A stretch of 64,000 bases of DNA, taken from positions 1,920,001 to 1,984,000 of the forward strand of contig CAXXGO010000006.1 of NCBI GenBank assembly GCA_963666835.2. The letters are read 5' to 3'. The notes beneath the pieces are model-generated. The model ran no database searches, was not told where the DNA came from, and saw only the letters and a list, made by a program, of their open reading frames with translations. Shown here in pieces: positions 7,791-17,865 of this stretch (positions within the stretch are counted from its first letter, which is position 1; each line of letters starts with the position of its first letter). Both the position numbers and the translations under genes were made by a program. This DNA comes from Phycisphaerae bacterium. GTDB lineage: Bacteria > Planctomycetota > Phycisphaerae > UBA1845.

Positions 7791-10658
7791 GTGGATGCCT
7801 GTCCGAAAATCGGCGAGGTCGAGGCGTTTGTCGCCGGGGAAGTGTCGGCAGAGGACAAGGCGCGCTTCGAGGCCCATCTTGCTTCCTGCTCGCGTTGCCG
7901 TAGTCTCACCAGCGCTATTGAGCAAGATCAAGCGTTAGCCCAGGGCATTCAACAGGCGTACGAGGGGATCGCGGTTTCCACCATGAACACGTCGGCCGAA
8001 CTCGGGTCCGACGAGCGATCCAGCGTCGCCGACTCTATAGAAGGCTACGAGATTCTGCACGAGATCCACCGCGGCGGGCAGGGCGTGGTGTACAAGGCCG
8101 TGCAACTGGCCACGAAACGTACGGTTGCTCTGAAGGTCCTCCTGCAAGGGCCCTACGCCTCCCCGAAACAGCAGCATCGCTTCGAGCGCGAGATTGACCT
8201 TGTCGCCAGCCTCCAGCACCCCAACATTGTTACCGTCTACGACAGCGGTCTGACGCACGGGCACCATTACTTTGCCATGGAGTATATCCACGGGCAGTCG
8301 TTGGACGTTTATCTATCGAACAACAAGCTGAGCATCGATCGGATGCTGCGGCTGTTCCGCAAGATCTGCTCGGCGGTAAACGCCGCGCACCAACGCGGCG
8401 TGATCCACCGTGACCTCAAGCCGGGGAACATCCGCGTTGACGCCGAGGGTGAACCGCACGTCCTCGACTTCGGTCTGGCGAAAGCGGCGGGTTCGAACCT
8501 GCAGGGAGGCGCGCCCGTAACGATGTCCGGTGAGTTTATGGGCACGCTGGCTTATGCGTCGCCGGAGCAGACCAGGGGCGATCCCAACCTGGTCGACATC
8601 CGCACTGATGTATATTCGCTGGGCGTGATCCTCTTCGAAATGCTCACGGGCAAGTTCCCGTACCAGGTCGTCGGCCACTTCGCCGACGTACTCAACAACA
8701 TTGCCGAGGTCGAGCCGGAGAGGCCGTCCACAATCTGCCGCCAGATCAATAACGAGGTCGAGACCATCGTTCTCAAGGCCCTGGCCAAGGAGAAAGAACG
8801 TCGTTATCAGTCGGCCGAGGCTTTGGCTCACGATGTCGGCCGGTACCTGGCCGGCGAAGCGATCGAGGCGAAACGCAACTCGGCATTCTACATGCTAAGA
8901 AAGTCACTACGGCGCTACCGGTTCGTAGCGGGCGTCGCCTTCGCTTTCGTGCTGGTGCTGGCCGTGTCCACGATCGCGCTGTCGATCATGTACCGGAATC
9001 AGAGCGTGGCGCGCGAGGAGGCCGATCGGTCCCGCAGTCTGGCCCATCGGCGCTACGAGGAGATCATCCGCCTGGCGGACCTTAAGCGCCTGGACGATGC
9101 GATAGCTACGGCGCAAGAGCTGTGGCCAGCGTATCCCGACAAGATTCCGGCGATGGAAACGTGGCTCGAGACCCGGGCTGTTCCGTTGCGGGATAACCTG
9201 CCCAAACACGTGGCGACCCTCGAAGCCCTTCGCGATCAGGCCCTGGAGTACGACGCTGTGCAGGAAAGGCGCGATAGACAGACGCATCCGAAAGCTGCAG
9301 AGCTTGCCCGGCAGAAGCGGCGTCTGTTCGAACTTCAGAAAGAACGTGAGGACCTTGCGGCCATAGAAGGTGAAGTTACAGAAGAGGAAGCGAGGAGGAT
9401 CGAGAGAGTCGGCATACACCTGGCCGAGGCAGAGCAGAGTGTCGCGACGCTGACAGAGGAGGTCGAACAGCGCCGCACCTGGCTTCTTCCTGACGAAGGA
9501 GCCCAATGGCAGCACGATCTGCTCGCTGAGCTGGTGGACGGTCTCAGGCGTTTTGTGAGCGATGACCCCGCGGTAGGCACCCTCCGCAATGTGGAAGATC
9601 GGCTGGACTTCGCCAGAGGCGTTACGGATCGGAGTATCACCGGGGCTGAAGCGGCCGCGGCGTGGGACCGAGCCATCACCGACATCGCCCGGCTGGAGGT
9701 CTACCACGGATTGCGGCTTACGCCTCAACTGGGTCTGATCCCGCTACGTCGCGATCCGAGGTCGGGGCTTTGGGAGTTCCTGCACATCCAAACCGGAACG
9801 AGGCCGGAGCCGAATCCCGAGGAGGATGCCGCAAATCCCTGGATTCTGACCGCGGATACCGGGTTGATTTTCGTACTCATTCCCGGCGGGAATTACTGGA
9901 TGGGGGCTCAGAATGAGGATCCCGCGCGGCGCCACTACGACCCTCTGGCGGACCCCGATGAGACCCCGGTCCACGAGGTTGCGCTCGATCCGTTCTTCAT
10001 CTCCAAGTACGAAATGACGCAGAGCCAGTGGGAGCGGTTCACGGGGTATAATCCCAGTTCCCTGGGGCCGGACTGGAATTCAATGGGCAAACCGTCGGGC
10101 GGGGTCATACTTCACCAGAACGAGCCCTGGAGCCCGGTAGAGATGGTCAGTTGGACGGACTGCCGCGACGTTCTTGGGCAACTCGGCCTGGTGTTTCCGA
10201 CGGAAGCGCAGTGGGAGTGCGCCGCCCGAGGGGGCACTGACTCCGCCTGGTGGAGCGGAAACGAGTTAGAGTCCATTAATACCCAGCAAGCGGGCAACCT
10301 TGCGGATAGTCTGACGAAAAGCAGAGGCGGGCCGACTTCATGGCCTTACGAAGAAGCTCTGGAAGACCCCTGCCTCGTTCACTGCCCCGTGGGCAGATTC
10401 CGTCCCAACGGTTACGGGTTGCACGACACGATCGGCAACGTGAAGGAGTGGTGCCGCGACGCTTACCAGTCCTATGAGAAAGACGGGCGGCCCGGGGACG
10501 GCCTTCGCGAACTCGGAGACAACCCCTCCCGCGTGAACCGGGGCGGCAGCTACACCTACAACGCCCGAGTCGCCCGATCCGCCAACCGCAACTGCGCACC
10601 ATCGGGATACGTCAACGACTCCGTCGGCGTGCGCCCGGCCAGGATCATCACTGATTGA
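7791..10658 (+). CDS. Ser/Thr protein kinase with N-terminal zf-HC2 motif, TM helix and C-terminal FGE/SUMF1-like domain
   Basis: HLASCSRC; GGQGVVYKA, VALK, HRDLKPGN, DFG, YASPEQ; MGAQ...PVHEV...FFISKYEMT...PTEAQWE.AARGG...PNGYGLHD..GNVKEWC...RGGS. Confidence 0.92.
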   Translation: MDACPKIGEVEAFVAGEVSAEDKARFEAHLASCSRCRSLTSAIEQDQALAQGIQQAYEGIAVSTMNTSAELGSDERSSVADSIEGYEILHEIHRGGQGVVYKAVQLATKRTVALKVLLQGPYASPKQQHRFEREIDLVASLQHPNIVTVYDSGLTHGHHYFAMEYIHGQSLDVYLSNNKLSIDRMLRLFRKICSAVNAAHQRGVIHRDLKPGNIRVDAEGEPHVLDFGLAKAAGSNLQGGAPVTMSGEFMGTLAYASPEQTRGDPNLVDIRTDVYSLGVILFEMLTGKFPYQVVGHFADVLNNIAEVEPERPSTICRQINNEVETIVLKALAKEKERRYQSAEALAHDVGRYLAGEAIEAKRNSAFYMLRKSLRRYRFVAGVAFAFVLVLAVSTIALSIMYRNQSVAREEADRSRSLAHRRYEEIIRLADLKRLDDAIATAQELWPAYPDKIPAMETWLETRAVPLRDNLPKHVATLEALRDQALEYDAVQERRDRQTHPKAAELARQKRRLFELQKEREDLAAIEGEVTEEEARRIERVGIHLAEAEQSVATLTEEVEQRRTWLLPDEGAQWQHDLLAELVDGLRRFVSDDPAVGTLRNVEDRLDFARGVTDRSITGAEAAAAWDRAITDIARLEVYHGLRLTPQLGLIPLRRDPRSGLWEFLHIQTGTRPEPNPEEDAANPWILTADTGLIFVLIPGGNYWMGAQNEDPARRHYDPLADPDETPVHEVALDPFFISKYEMTQSQWERFTGYNPSSLGPDWNSMGKPSGGVILHQNEPWSPVEMVSWTDCRDVLGQLGLVFPTEAQWECAARGGTDSAWWSGNELESINTQQAGNLADSLTKSRGGPTSWPYEEALEDPCLVHCPVGRFRPNGYGLHDTIGNVKEWCRDAYQSYEKDGRPGDGLRELGDNPSRVNRGGSYTYNARVARSANRNCAPSGYVNDSVGVRPARIITD

Positions 10659-10673
10659 TTCATGATCCGTAAA

Positions 10674-10770
10674 CCGTCCCGAAGGGGACAAAGGCAAGTA
10701 GCCACGGGTGGAGCGAAGCGGAACCCGTGGGTGCGGTCTGCCCCCACGTGCTCCCGTCCCGAAGGGCCGG
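10674..10770 (+). repeat. Three-hairpin intergenic element, family B (similar copy 59022-59118; partial copy ~12765-12806)
   Basis: CCGTCCCGAAGGG(G)AC...TAGCCACGGGTGGA..G.AGCGG.ACCCGTGGGTG...CCCCCACGTGCTC.CGTCCCGAAGGGCCGG. Confidence 0.8.
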
Positions 10771-11021
10771 CGGAAGGTCGGCAAGATCACGCGACGGTCT
10801 CGACGGCCACAGTTAACGGACGGTAATCGACCGCTATGGGGTCTCCCCACTACAACGCAAGATCGTCGGGGTAGGTTCCTCTCGCAACCTCGTCATCACC
10901 CTGCGTTCGGCACCATGCAACACCAACCCCGCATCGCCTGGACCCGACTATAAACCAAACACGATGGTTAACGGCAGTCAGGAATGAACGGGAGCTTGAC
11001 CCGCGAGCCGATAACAGAATG

Positions 11022-11049
11022 TTGACCAGGAACATGCATGTCCTATAAG
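11022..11049 (+). promoter_or_regulatory. Putative sigma70 promoter with palindrome in spacer
   Basis: TTGACC-N16-TATAAG; the spacer contains the perfect palindrome ACATGCATGT. Confidence 0.3.
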
Positions 11050-11396
11050 AGCCTTGAATCCCTTTAGTTTGTGCTACACCCCCGGCACCGGCGCTGTTCC
11101 TATCGCGGCCGTACGTTACCACGGTCCGCCCGGCAAGTTATGAAGGCGAGGCCGGTGAATAATCCGGGCTCGGCGGTTTCGCCGGTCTTGTGCGATATCC
11201 GTTCCACGGTTAACATGTGCTGGGGATCTGCCAGGGGAAGTTGCTGACAAGCCTGAACGCCACAGCATCCGGCACGCGATTCCATAGACAACCAGGGACA
11301 CAGGCGATTGTGCGGCGGCCGGGTAAGCGTTGTCTGCGCTGAAGATGATGCTTGCCTGCAGGCGGGCTGCCCACAGGTTTAGGGAAGAGGAGATCA

Positions 11397-12617
11397 ATGA
11401 TGAGTCTGGAGTCGGGAACCGGTTCGTTTGGCATGCTTCGCGCGTTTGTTTGGTCGGCCTTTGTGCTGGCCCTCGTCTCTGCGAATGTGTACGCCGAGCA
11501 GGTCGGATCTGCGTTTACGTACCAAGGACAGCTCAAAGATTCCGGGGCACCGGCCGACGGCCAGTATGACCTTCGATTCTCCTTGTACGACGGGGGCGGT
11601 ACTCTGGTGGCCGGTCCCATCGATAGAGACGATGTACTTGTGGTCAATGGGCTCTTTGCGGTTGTCCTGGATTTCGGCTCCGGCGTATTCGATGGTGATG
11701 CTCGTTTTCTTCAGATCAGCGTTCGCCGCGGAGATGATGAAGGTTCTTTCTCGGCGTTAACGCCGCGGCAGGAGTTGACTCCGACGCCTTACGCCGCCAC
11801 CGCCGGCAAAACCGTAGGCGTGGACGGCCATTCGCTCGATTCGGAAGACGGGACGATTGAGGATGCGGTTCGTGTCGCGTCGTCCGGTAGGGTTCACATG
11901 ACCTCCGGCGGTCTGTCTTTATACGACACGGCCGAGCACGGTGTCAGCTTCACGACGTCCGGCTTCTCTATTAATGCGTTCCCCAGCGAAGACCCCGCGT
12001 ACCGATACGAGGCCAAGAACGACAGGCATCGGTTCTTCACTGGTGGGGGGAGTACGAGAATGGAGATCAATTCCAGCGGCAACGTTGGCATCGGAACGGC
12101 GCCGACCTCCGCGACCTTGACCGTCGATGGGGATGCGGACATTCTGGGCACGGTCGAGGCCGCCGATTTTGCCTATGGTGATTCCCAGCAGCGAACCCTC
12201 ACGGTGCTGGGCACGGCGTTCCAGCCCAGCAAATCGGGAATCGAGTACGACACTGGGTGGGGCATTTGGGCGGAGCCTACCGAGCAGGATGCGTTCTTCC
12301 GTGTACAGGTACATCTTCCTGATCGGGCCGTTGTGACGGGCATGTCCGCCAGAGTGCTGGACAATTCTGTGAACCAGAATCTCCGTGTCGTGTTGTGTTT
12401 CCTCTCCCTGTCAAACGTCGGAATCGGCACGATGACAGGCGTTGAGTCGCAGGGCGCGTCGACGGACAAGGTCCTGTTGACGGCCACGGAGATCAACAAC
12501 GCCGTGATTTACAATTCTTCGAGGGGGTACTATCTTCTCTTCGGCTCAGACGACTGGGAGTCCCGCATGCAGTTGTACTATGTGACGATAAACTACCGGG
12601 TCGATGCTCCGGACTAA
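11397..12617 (+). CDS. Secreted hypothetical protein (AFTYQGQL-type N-terminal domain, GNVGIGT fibre-like repeat)
   Basis: GAGGAG RBS; signal peptide ending VYA; AFTYQGQL.D.G.PADG.YDLRFSLYD, LTPRQELTPTPYA, GNVGIGT. Confidence 0.75.
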   Translation: MMSLESGTGSFGMLRAFVWSAFVLALVSANVYAEQVGSAFTYQGQLKDSGAPADGQYDLRFSLYDGGGTLVAGPIDRDDVLVVNGLFAVVLDFGSGVFDGDARFLQISVRRGDDEGSFSALTPRQELTPTPYAATAGKTVGVDGHSLDSEDGTIEDAVRVASSGRVHMTSGGLSLYDTAEHGVSFTTSGFSINAFPSEDPAYRYEAKNDRHRFFTGGGSTRMEINSSGNVGIGTAPTSATLTVDGDADILGTVEAADFAYGDSQQRTLTVLGTAFQPSKSGIEYDTGWGIWAEPTEQDAFFRVQVHLPDRAVVTGMSARVLDNSVNQNLRVVLCFLSLSNVGIGTMTGVESQGASTDKVLLTATEINNAVIYNSSRGYYLLFGSDDWESRMQLYYVTINYRVDAPD

Positions 12618-12641
12618 ACGCAAACCGAAGAATGACACAGA

Positions 12642-12663
12642 CCGGGTTGCTTCGGTGGCCCGG
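12642..12663 (+). terminator. Hairpin with UUCG loop downstream of 11397-12617 gene
   Basis: CCGGGTTGC-TTCG-GTGGCCCGG; no U-tract. Confidence 0.3.
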
Positions 12664-12979
12664 ATCATTCATGATGTTCGCGAAAACGCGCGTAACGCGA
12701 TGTAGCGTCACCCCTTGTGGGTGACGCCATTGAAGCACAGCGCACTTTCACGCCCGGGAGCAACCCGTTCTGTTAGGGACGCAGGCATGTAGCCACGGGT
12801 GGAGCGGAGATCACGCCGTGATTCGCAAGATCATCAGGATGCTGCCCGCGTTGTCCTAGACGTCTTTGCCGTACAAACCGAGCGGATTCGTCCGACTCGG
12901 TGGCGGCTCGTTCCACAGCCTGAGAGACTGCAAGTCGGCTCCTTCCTTGAACTCAAAGGCTGCATGCGGGTTCCTTCTT

Positions 12980-13481
12980 CAGGCTGAAAGCCTGCAAGAT
13001 AATAGCCGGGGGCAAGGCCGCGGAGCGGCCGCCGCCCCCGGGGTAAGGTCCCAACAAACCAAACCACCCCGCCAGGGGTGGAAGAGACGGCGTCGATGAA
13101 CCGCGCTTCTGTCTTGGCCGCCCGACCTATTTCAGAATGCATCAAGAGGCATAGCCGCAGGGGTCTTGTTCCACGCGAATCTGGTATATGTCAAGTTCGT
13201 GGCAAGACCGTCCGGGACAGGGTTGCCACAACAAGGGTAAGCCGATGACGATACCAACCCGCAATAGATGGCAAGTCTCGTTCCTCGACCATGCCCTACG
13301 GGGGACGACAGTCGAATGGCATACGATAACGACGATTCTGCATTGCGCAACAACGGTGCCACATTTTCGGGGGCCGTTTGACCCTTGCAGGGTCAGCCTG
13401 CTTGCGGGGAACAGGTCCCGGGGGCGGCGTCCGCCGATGGCGGACTTGCCCCCGGCTATTCCATCTAAGCCCTTCGGGCTG
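12980..13481. repeat. Inverted pair of three-hairpin elements, family D (12980-13086 and 13375-13481), with nested REP A at 13270-13299
   Basis: Both carry AATAGCCGGGGGCAAG..CG...CG.CGCCCCCGGG in opposite orientations. Confidence 0.72.
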
Positions 13482-13756
13482 GGAAAAACAGCTCTTAGGT
13501 CGCAGTCCGTGAATGCGATAATCCGTTCCGTTAGGAACGCAGTCCGTACTCGCCACATCTTCGTATCGATGGGCTGACAAGAGCGAGATTCTCGCTAGAA
13601 TGCCGCGTTGGCTGCGGCTACGTCACAACCGGGTCTTCCGGTGTGCCACTGCTCTTGAGCAAGGACGGGACACGGCGTGGCTCGAACCCGAGCATTCACG
13701 TATGACGAAGCACCTTTGGCGTGCATGGCGCATCACATGTTTCAAAGGAGATACTC

Positions 13757-15589
13757 GTGTTATCAATCTTGCAGCGGAACCTGTTGATTGCCGGCGTCGT
13801 GGTTTGTTCTTGTCTGAGTGGTGCCCTGGCCCAGGATGGCCCGGCCGGCGAGGTCGCCTCTGCCGCTGCTACACATATGACGGCCGAGCAGCGCGCCGCG
13901 TGGCGAAGCTCGATAGCGGGCGACGGCGTTGCGGCGTTTTCGGCAGTTGTGCCGAGCGAACTCAAGCTGCGACTAATGCCCTTGCCCGCGGCCGAGCTGG
14001 CAGTGCGCAGTGATGAAGCTCTGGCAGGCCTGCGGACGGTGGCCGAGCAGTTGGCAGAGGCGCTGATCGATCAGATGCGGACCGAGACCGCCGATTCTCC
14101 CGACCCTGACGACGTCGCGCGAATCGTCGAGCGCATCGAATCGCTGCGTGAATTCCGTTCTGATCTGGTGACTCGCTGCAACATCGTCCTCTCTGCATTG
14201 GAGAGCGCCGGAGGTGATGTGGCTGCCCAGCGTGCGTACGTTTCTACGATAGAACAAATCGAGCCCGCGGCCACCACTCGAAACCACTCGGAGAAAGCCC
14301 TGACCGATGAAGAGCTGGCGGCGAAGGAGTTGGAAGAGCGCGTTTCTGCTGCGGTCGCGCGGGTGCGCGAGATGCCCCCGGTCCACGAACGCCCGGAGCC
14401 CTGGAAGGTCCCCGTGAACGAGTTGGAGCTGGAACTTCAGCCTTTGCGAAAGGACCAGATTGAGGAGCGGGTGCAGAAGTGGATCGAGATTCTGCAGCGA
14501 AACGTCCGCCAGCGTATTCGCATCGACATCGCGGTAGCCGAAGCAAAGGACGACGCAGAGCGGCAAGCCCTGGCAGATCGTTCGACTGAGCAGCAGGAGA
14601 TTGTCAACGCAATCGTCGAGCGCGTGCGCGTGAGCATCTATCTACTTCGTATGCGCGGGGGCTCGGTGCGCGAGTACCAAGACTATGTGGCGGCCGCCAC
14701 CGGCATGAAGCTCAATCTCACCGACCCGAATGTCCTGATCGCCCAGGTCAAGGCGTGGCTGCGCAGCCCGAGCGGAGGGATGAAGATCGGCGTGAACTTG
14801 CTCAAGTTCGTCGGCGTCCTTATCGCCTTCTGGATCGTGAGCCGGGTGGTTGGTGCGATTGTATCCGCGGCCGTGCGCCGTGTTCCGAAGACTTCGACTC
14901 TGCTGCATTCGTTCTTGTCGGGCATGACGCGCAAGGTGATTATGGTCGTTGGTATTGTCGTCGGGCTTAGTGTGTTGGAGATCAACATCAGTCCGCTCGT
15001 AGCCGCTCTCGCCGGCGCCGGCTTGGTGATAGGCTTGGCCCTTCAGGGTACGCTGAGCAACTTCGCCAGCGGAATCCTGATTCTCATTACCAGGCCTTAC
15101 GACGTTGGCGACGTAGTTTCCGCAGGAGGCGTTCTCGGCAAGGTTGACGCCATGAACCTGGTGTCGACGCGTATCTTGACTTTCGACAACCAGGTCATGC
15201 TCGTGCCCAACAATCAGGCTTGGAACGGCGTGATTACGAATGTGACGGCTCTCCCGACTCGTCGCGTGGATCTTGTCTTCGGCATCGGCTACGGCGACGA
15301 CATGGCCCACGCCAAGAAGGTCATCGGCGAGGTGGTCAGCGGGCACGACCGCGTGCTCAGCGAGCCCGCCCCGGTCATCAAAGTCAGCGAGTTGGGCGAT
15401 AGCTCCGTCAACCTCATCGTCAGGCCGTGGGTGAAGACGGCTGACTACTGGGATGTCTATTGGGATCTAACCCAGCAGATCAAGGAGCGGTTCGACCAGG
15501 AAGGCATCAGCATTCCGTTCCCGCAGCGAGACCTCCATTGGGATAGCCCGGTGGAAGTCGTGGTCAACTCCGACGGACCAAGCCGCTGA
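13757..15589 (+). CDS. mscS: Small-conductance mechanosensitive channel (MscS family) with long exported helical N-terminus
   Basis: AAGGAG RBS before GTG 13757; signal peptide; GLVIGLALQGTLSNFASG..ILITRPYDVGD, VPNN, RRVDL.FGIGY, ISIPFPQRDLH. Confidence 0.9.
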   Translation: MLSILQRNLLIAGVVVCSCLSGALAQDGPAGEVASAAATHMTAEQRAAWRSSIAGDGVAAFSAVVPSELKLRLMPLPAAELAVRSDEALAGLRTVAEQLAEALIDQMRTETADSPDPDDVARIVERIESLREFRSDLVTRCNIVLSALESAGGDVAAQRAYVSTIEQIEPAATTRNHSEKALTDEELAAKELEERVSAAVARVREMPPVHERPEPWKVPVNELELELQPLRKDQIEERVQKWIEILQRNVRQRIRIDIAVAEAKDDAERQALADRSTEQQEIVNAIVERVRVSIYLLRMRGGSVREYQDYVAAATGMKLNLTDPNVLIAQVKAWLRSPSGGMKIGVNLLKFVGVLIAFWIVSRVVGAIVSAAVRRVPKTSTLLHSFLSGMTRKVIMVVGIVVGLSVLEINISPLVAALAGAGLVIGLALQGTLSNFASGILILITRPYDVGDVVSAGGVLGKVDAMNLVSTRILTFDNQVMLVPNNQAWNGVITNVTALPTRRVDLVFGIGYGDDMAHAKKVIGEVVSGHDRVLSEPAPVIKVSELGDSSVNLIVRPWVKTADYWDVYWDLTQQIKERFDQEGISIPFPQRDLHWDSPVEVVVNSDGPSR

Positions 15590-15744
15590 CAGTGGGGATG
15601 ATCCATGCGTGGCACTTGTGCGAGTTTACCGACATCCGCATTTGCTTGCGACACTGACAGGACACAAAGGCGGAACGCAGTCGTTTCTTGCCGATAAGAG
15701 GCGGACATTCTCTTGATGGTTGCCGCCGTGCGCCGATTCTGATG

Positions 15745-16308
15745 TCAACGCACCAGCACGAGGAGGACCACTACAGCGAGCAGAGCCGCCAGCACACCGC
15801 TTGCCGTGGCATGGTCTACCTTCCCTTGCGCGATCCCGATTCCAAAGTGCTTCCCCAAGCCGTTCCACAGATATAGTCCGGCAGGGACCGTGACGATGCC
15901 GAAAGCGATCAAGACCCATTGCGGCGAGCCATAGCGCATCAGGTCGCCGGCGTCCCCAGCCCGGATGAACGAACCCGCGCCGATATACGCCCCGTTGGCT
16001 ATCAGGCAGAAGCCCACGAAGAACCGAACGACATACCGGAAGCGAGCCTTGAAAACCCTAGCTCCCCCGAGCGCCGCCGGCGGAAGCAGGCTCCCCCATA
16101 CAGGTCCACCCCAGGCCACAAACAACGGGCTCGGATTGTCCGCCAGGTCGGTTCTGGAAAAGCCGAACAGCGGAATCGTCACCTCGGTGACCACCCCGTC
16201 TGACAACCAAGCGTGCAGGACATGCCCAAGCTCGTGCATGGCCATCATGGACAGCCAAGAGAGATAGACGGTCGAAGGAGCGAACACGAGCTGGATGACG
16301 CGCCTCAT
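15745..16308 (-). CDS. M50-like membrane metallopeptidase
   Basis: HELGH, AWGGP, NGAYIG..S...GDAGD; multiple TM helices; ATGA overlap with upstream gene. Confidence 0.75.
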   Translation of the reverse strand: MRRVIQLVFAPSTVYLSWLSMMAMHELGHVLHAWLSDGVVTEVTIPLFGFSRTDLADNPSPLFVAWGGPVWGSLLPPAALGGARVFKARFRYVVRFFVGFCLIANGAYIGAGSFIRAGDAGDLMRYGSPQWVLIAFGIVTVPAGLYLWNGLGKHFGIGIAQGKVDHATASGVLAALLAVVVLLVLVR

Positions 16309-16820
16309 TGGCTTCTCTGTCCGTACGGCGGCGGCGCCCCCCCGTGTTTCAGTTTGGTCTGCCGGTCGGCTGCCGTGCCGCATTCGGGGCATACGCCGGA
16401 TACATTGCCCTCCAGATTGTAACCGCATCGGACGCACAGGCCCTTCTCGCGCCGATGCCTTCGCCGTAGCGGACCACGGCAGAAGGCCACAATAGGGTAG
16501 GCGGCGAGAAGAGCAAGCAGGCCCCACAGCGGAAACAGCAGGCCCGAATGGAGGAACCCTCGCTGGTCGTAGGAATACGCGCCAAGACCGCACCAACTCA
16601 GCAAGGGGCCGCGGCCAACGAATAACGCCTGTTGCTTCGGTTCAGCGCGATAGTGAGTGACAAAGCAGTGCGCGTGCCCGGTGCGGATGTCATAAGTGAA
16701 CGACCACGTGTCGCTGAACTCCCAGAACCCTTCTACGGTCGTGAAGTGGCTGGCTAACCATATCCCGCAGGTTCCGACGGAAGCGACCGTCAGCCCGATG
16801 ATGACCGCCCTGTGGAACAT
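16305..16820 (-). CDS. Membrane protein with C-terminal zinc ribbon
   Basis: Two hydrophobic segments then RRRHRREKGLCVRCGYNLEGNVSGVCPECG. Confidence 0.75.
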   Translation of the reverse strand: MFHRAVIIGLTVASVGTCGIWLASHFTTVEGFWEFSDTWSFTYDIRTGHAHCFVTHYRAEPKQQALFVGRGPLLSWCGLGAYSYDQRGFLHSGLLFPLWGLLALLAAYPIVAFCRGPLRRRHRREKGLCVRCGYNLEGNVSGVCPECGTAADRQTKLKHGGAPPPYGQRSQ

Positions 16821-17171
16821 GTTGCTTGCTCGCACCCGCGTCTCGCAGGAGAATCGTCCATGGCGGCTCTGCTGGAACGGTTTTGCAGGCGACCCTGGGA
16901 GGCCTCTGCTCTGCCGGTATGTCCGCACTCGGAGAATACGAACCGTTCCATACACCACCTGATCATAGGGGCCCGTATGCGGTCCCGATGCCAACGGCCG
17001 CCTGACGGACCACAGGACGTTTCCGGTGCCATCCGGCTTGATGATTGGAGGAGACGTCCAGCCGGTAATATACTGGTCAGATTGACCGCTCGGGCGCCCA
17101 GCCCGGTCGCGACCGCCGGTCAGCGCAACGAAAAACCGCCATAAGCTCAGCACTCATAGCGGTTTACGAAC

Positions 17172-17244
<73 letters not shown>

Positions 17245-17409
17245 AAGCTCCCTTTCCGGTAAAGGGCGAACTCTGGTGCCCGGATCCATCGCGGCCTGCC
17301 GGATAATCCGGGATTAACCCGCACAGGACAATCGCTCATCGTCCAGACACCACGCGGGAGTTTAGCGCGAGCCGGCGCGGCGGTCAAGACGTCCGTTGAA
17401 CAACCTGCC

Positions 17410-17695
17410 GCCCCGTAGCGTCGGGTTCCAGCATGCCCTGCGGCAGCCTCGTGGCGTAAGCCTTTCGCCTGCCGTCCGGCGCCTCGTCGTGTAGGTCCCC
17501 AGCCTGCCCGGCGACGCTCTCCGGAACCGGCGGGGGGCGTTACCCATCCGCCCTGTATCGCGGCTTTGCGTCTGGCTTACGATACCCCGTAGCGCGGGCA
17601 TCCGGCCTGCGCGGCGAGCGGGGGACCGACGATGCAGACGACCGTGCGGACAGGATGCCTGTGCCACGTAGCGCAGGCTTCCAGCCTGCCTTCTG
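17410..17695. repeat. Cluster of diverse GTAG-headed REP-like palindromes
   Basis: e.g. GTAGCGCGGGCATCCGGCCTGCGC (~17589), GTAGCGCAGGCTTCCAGCCTGCC (~17668). Confidence 0.55.
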
Positions 17696-17865
17696 GTGGA
17701 GAGAGAGCGGCGGAAGCCCTCACCGCGTGGTTCGCCGGGCGTGATGGCGTTTGATCATGCCGCGCGGACGTTTGCAGAGACGCCGGGGCGCGAGATTTGC
17801 AGACAGAAGCCCCCGTATTCGACGGACGTCGACGGAAGATCCGCACGGGCCAAGGCCCACATAGC

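Noticed and set aside
11100..11396. Riboswitch in the long leader
   Set aside because: No recognisable c-di-GMP, cobalamin, TPP, SAM or other aptamer consensus by eye
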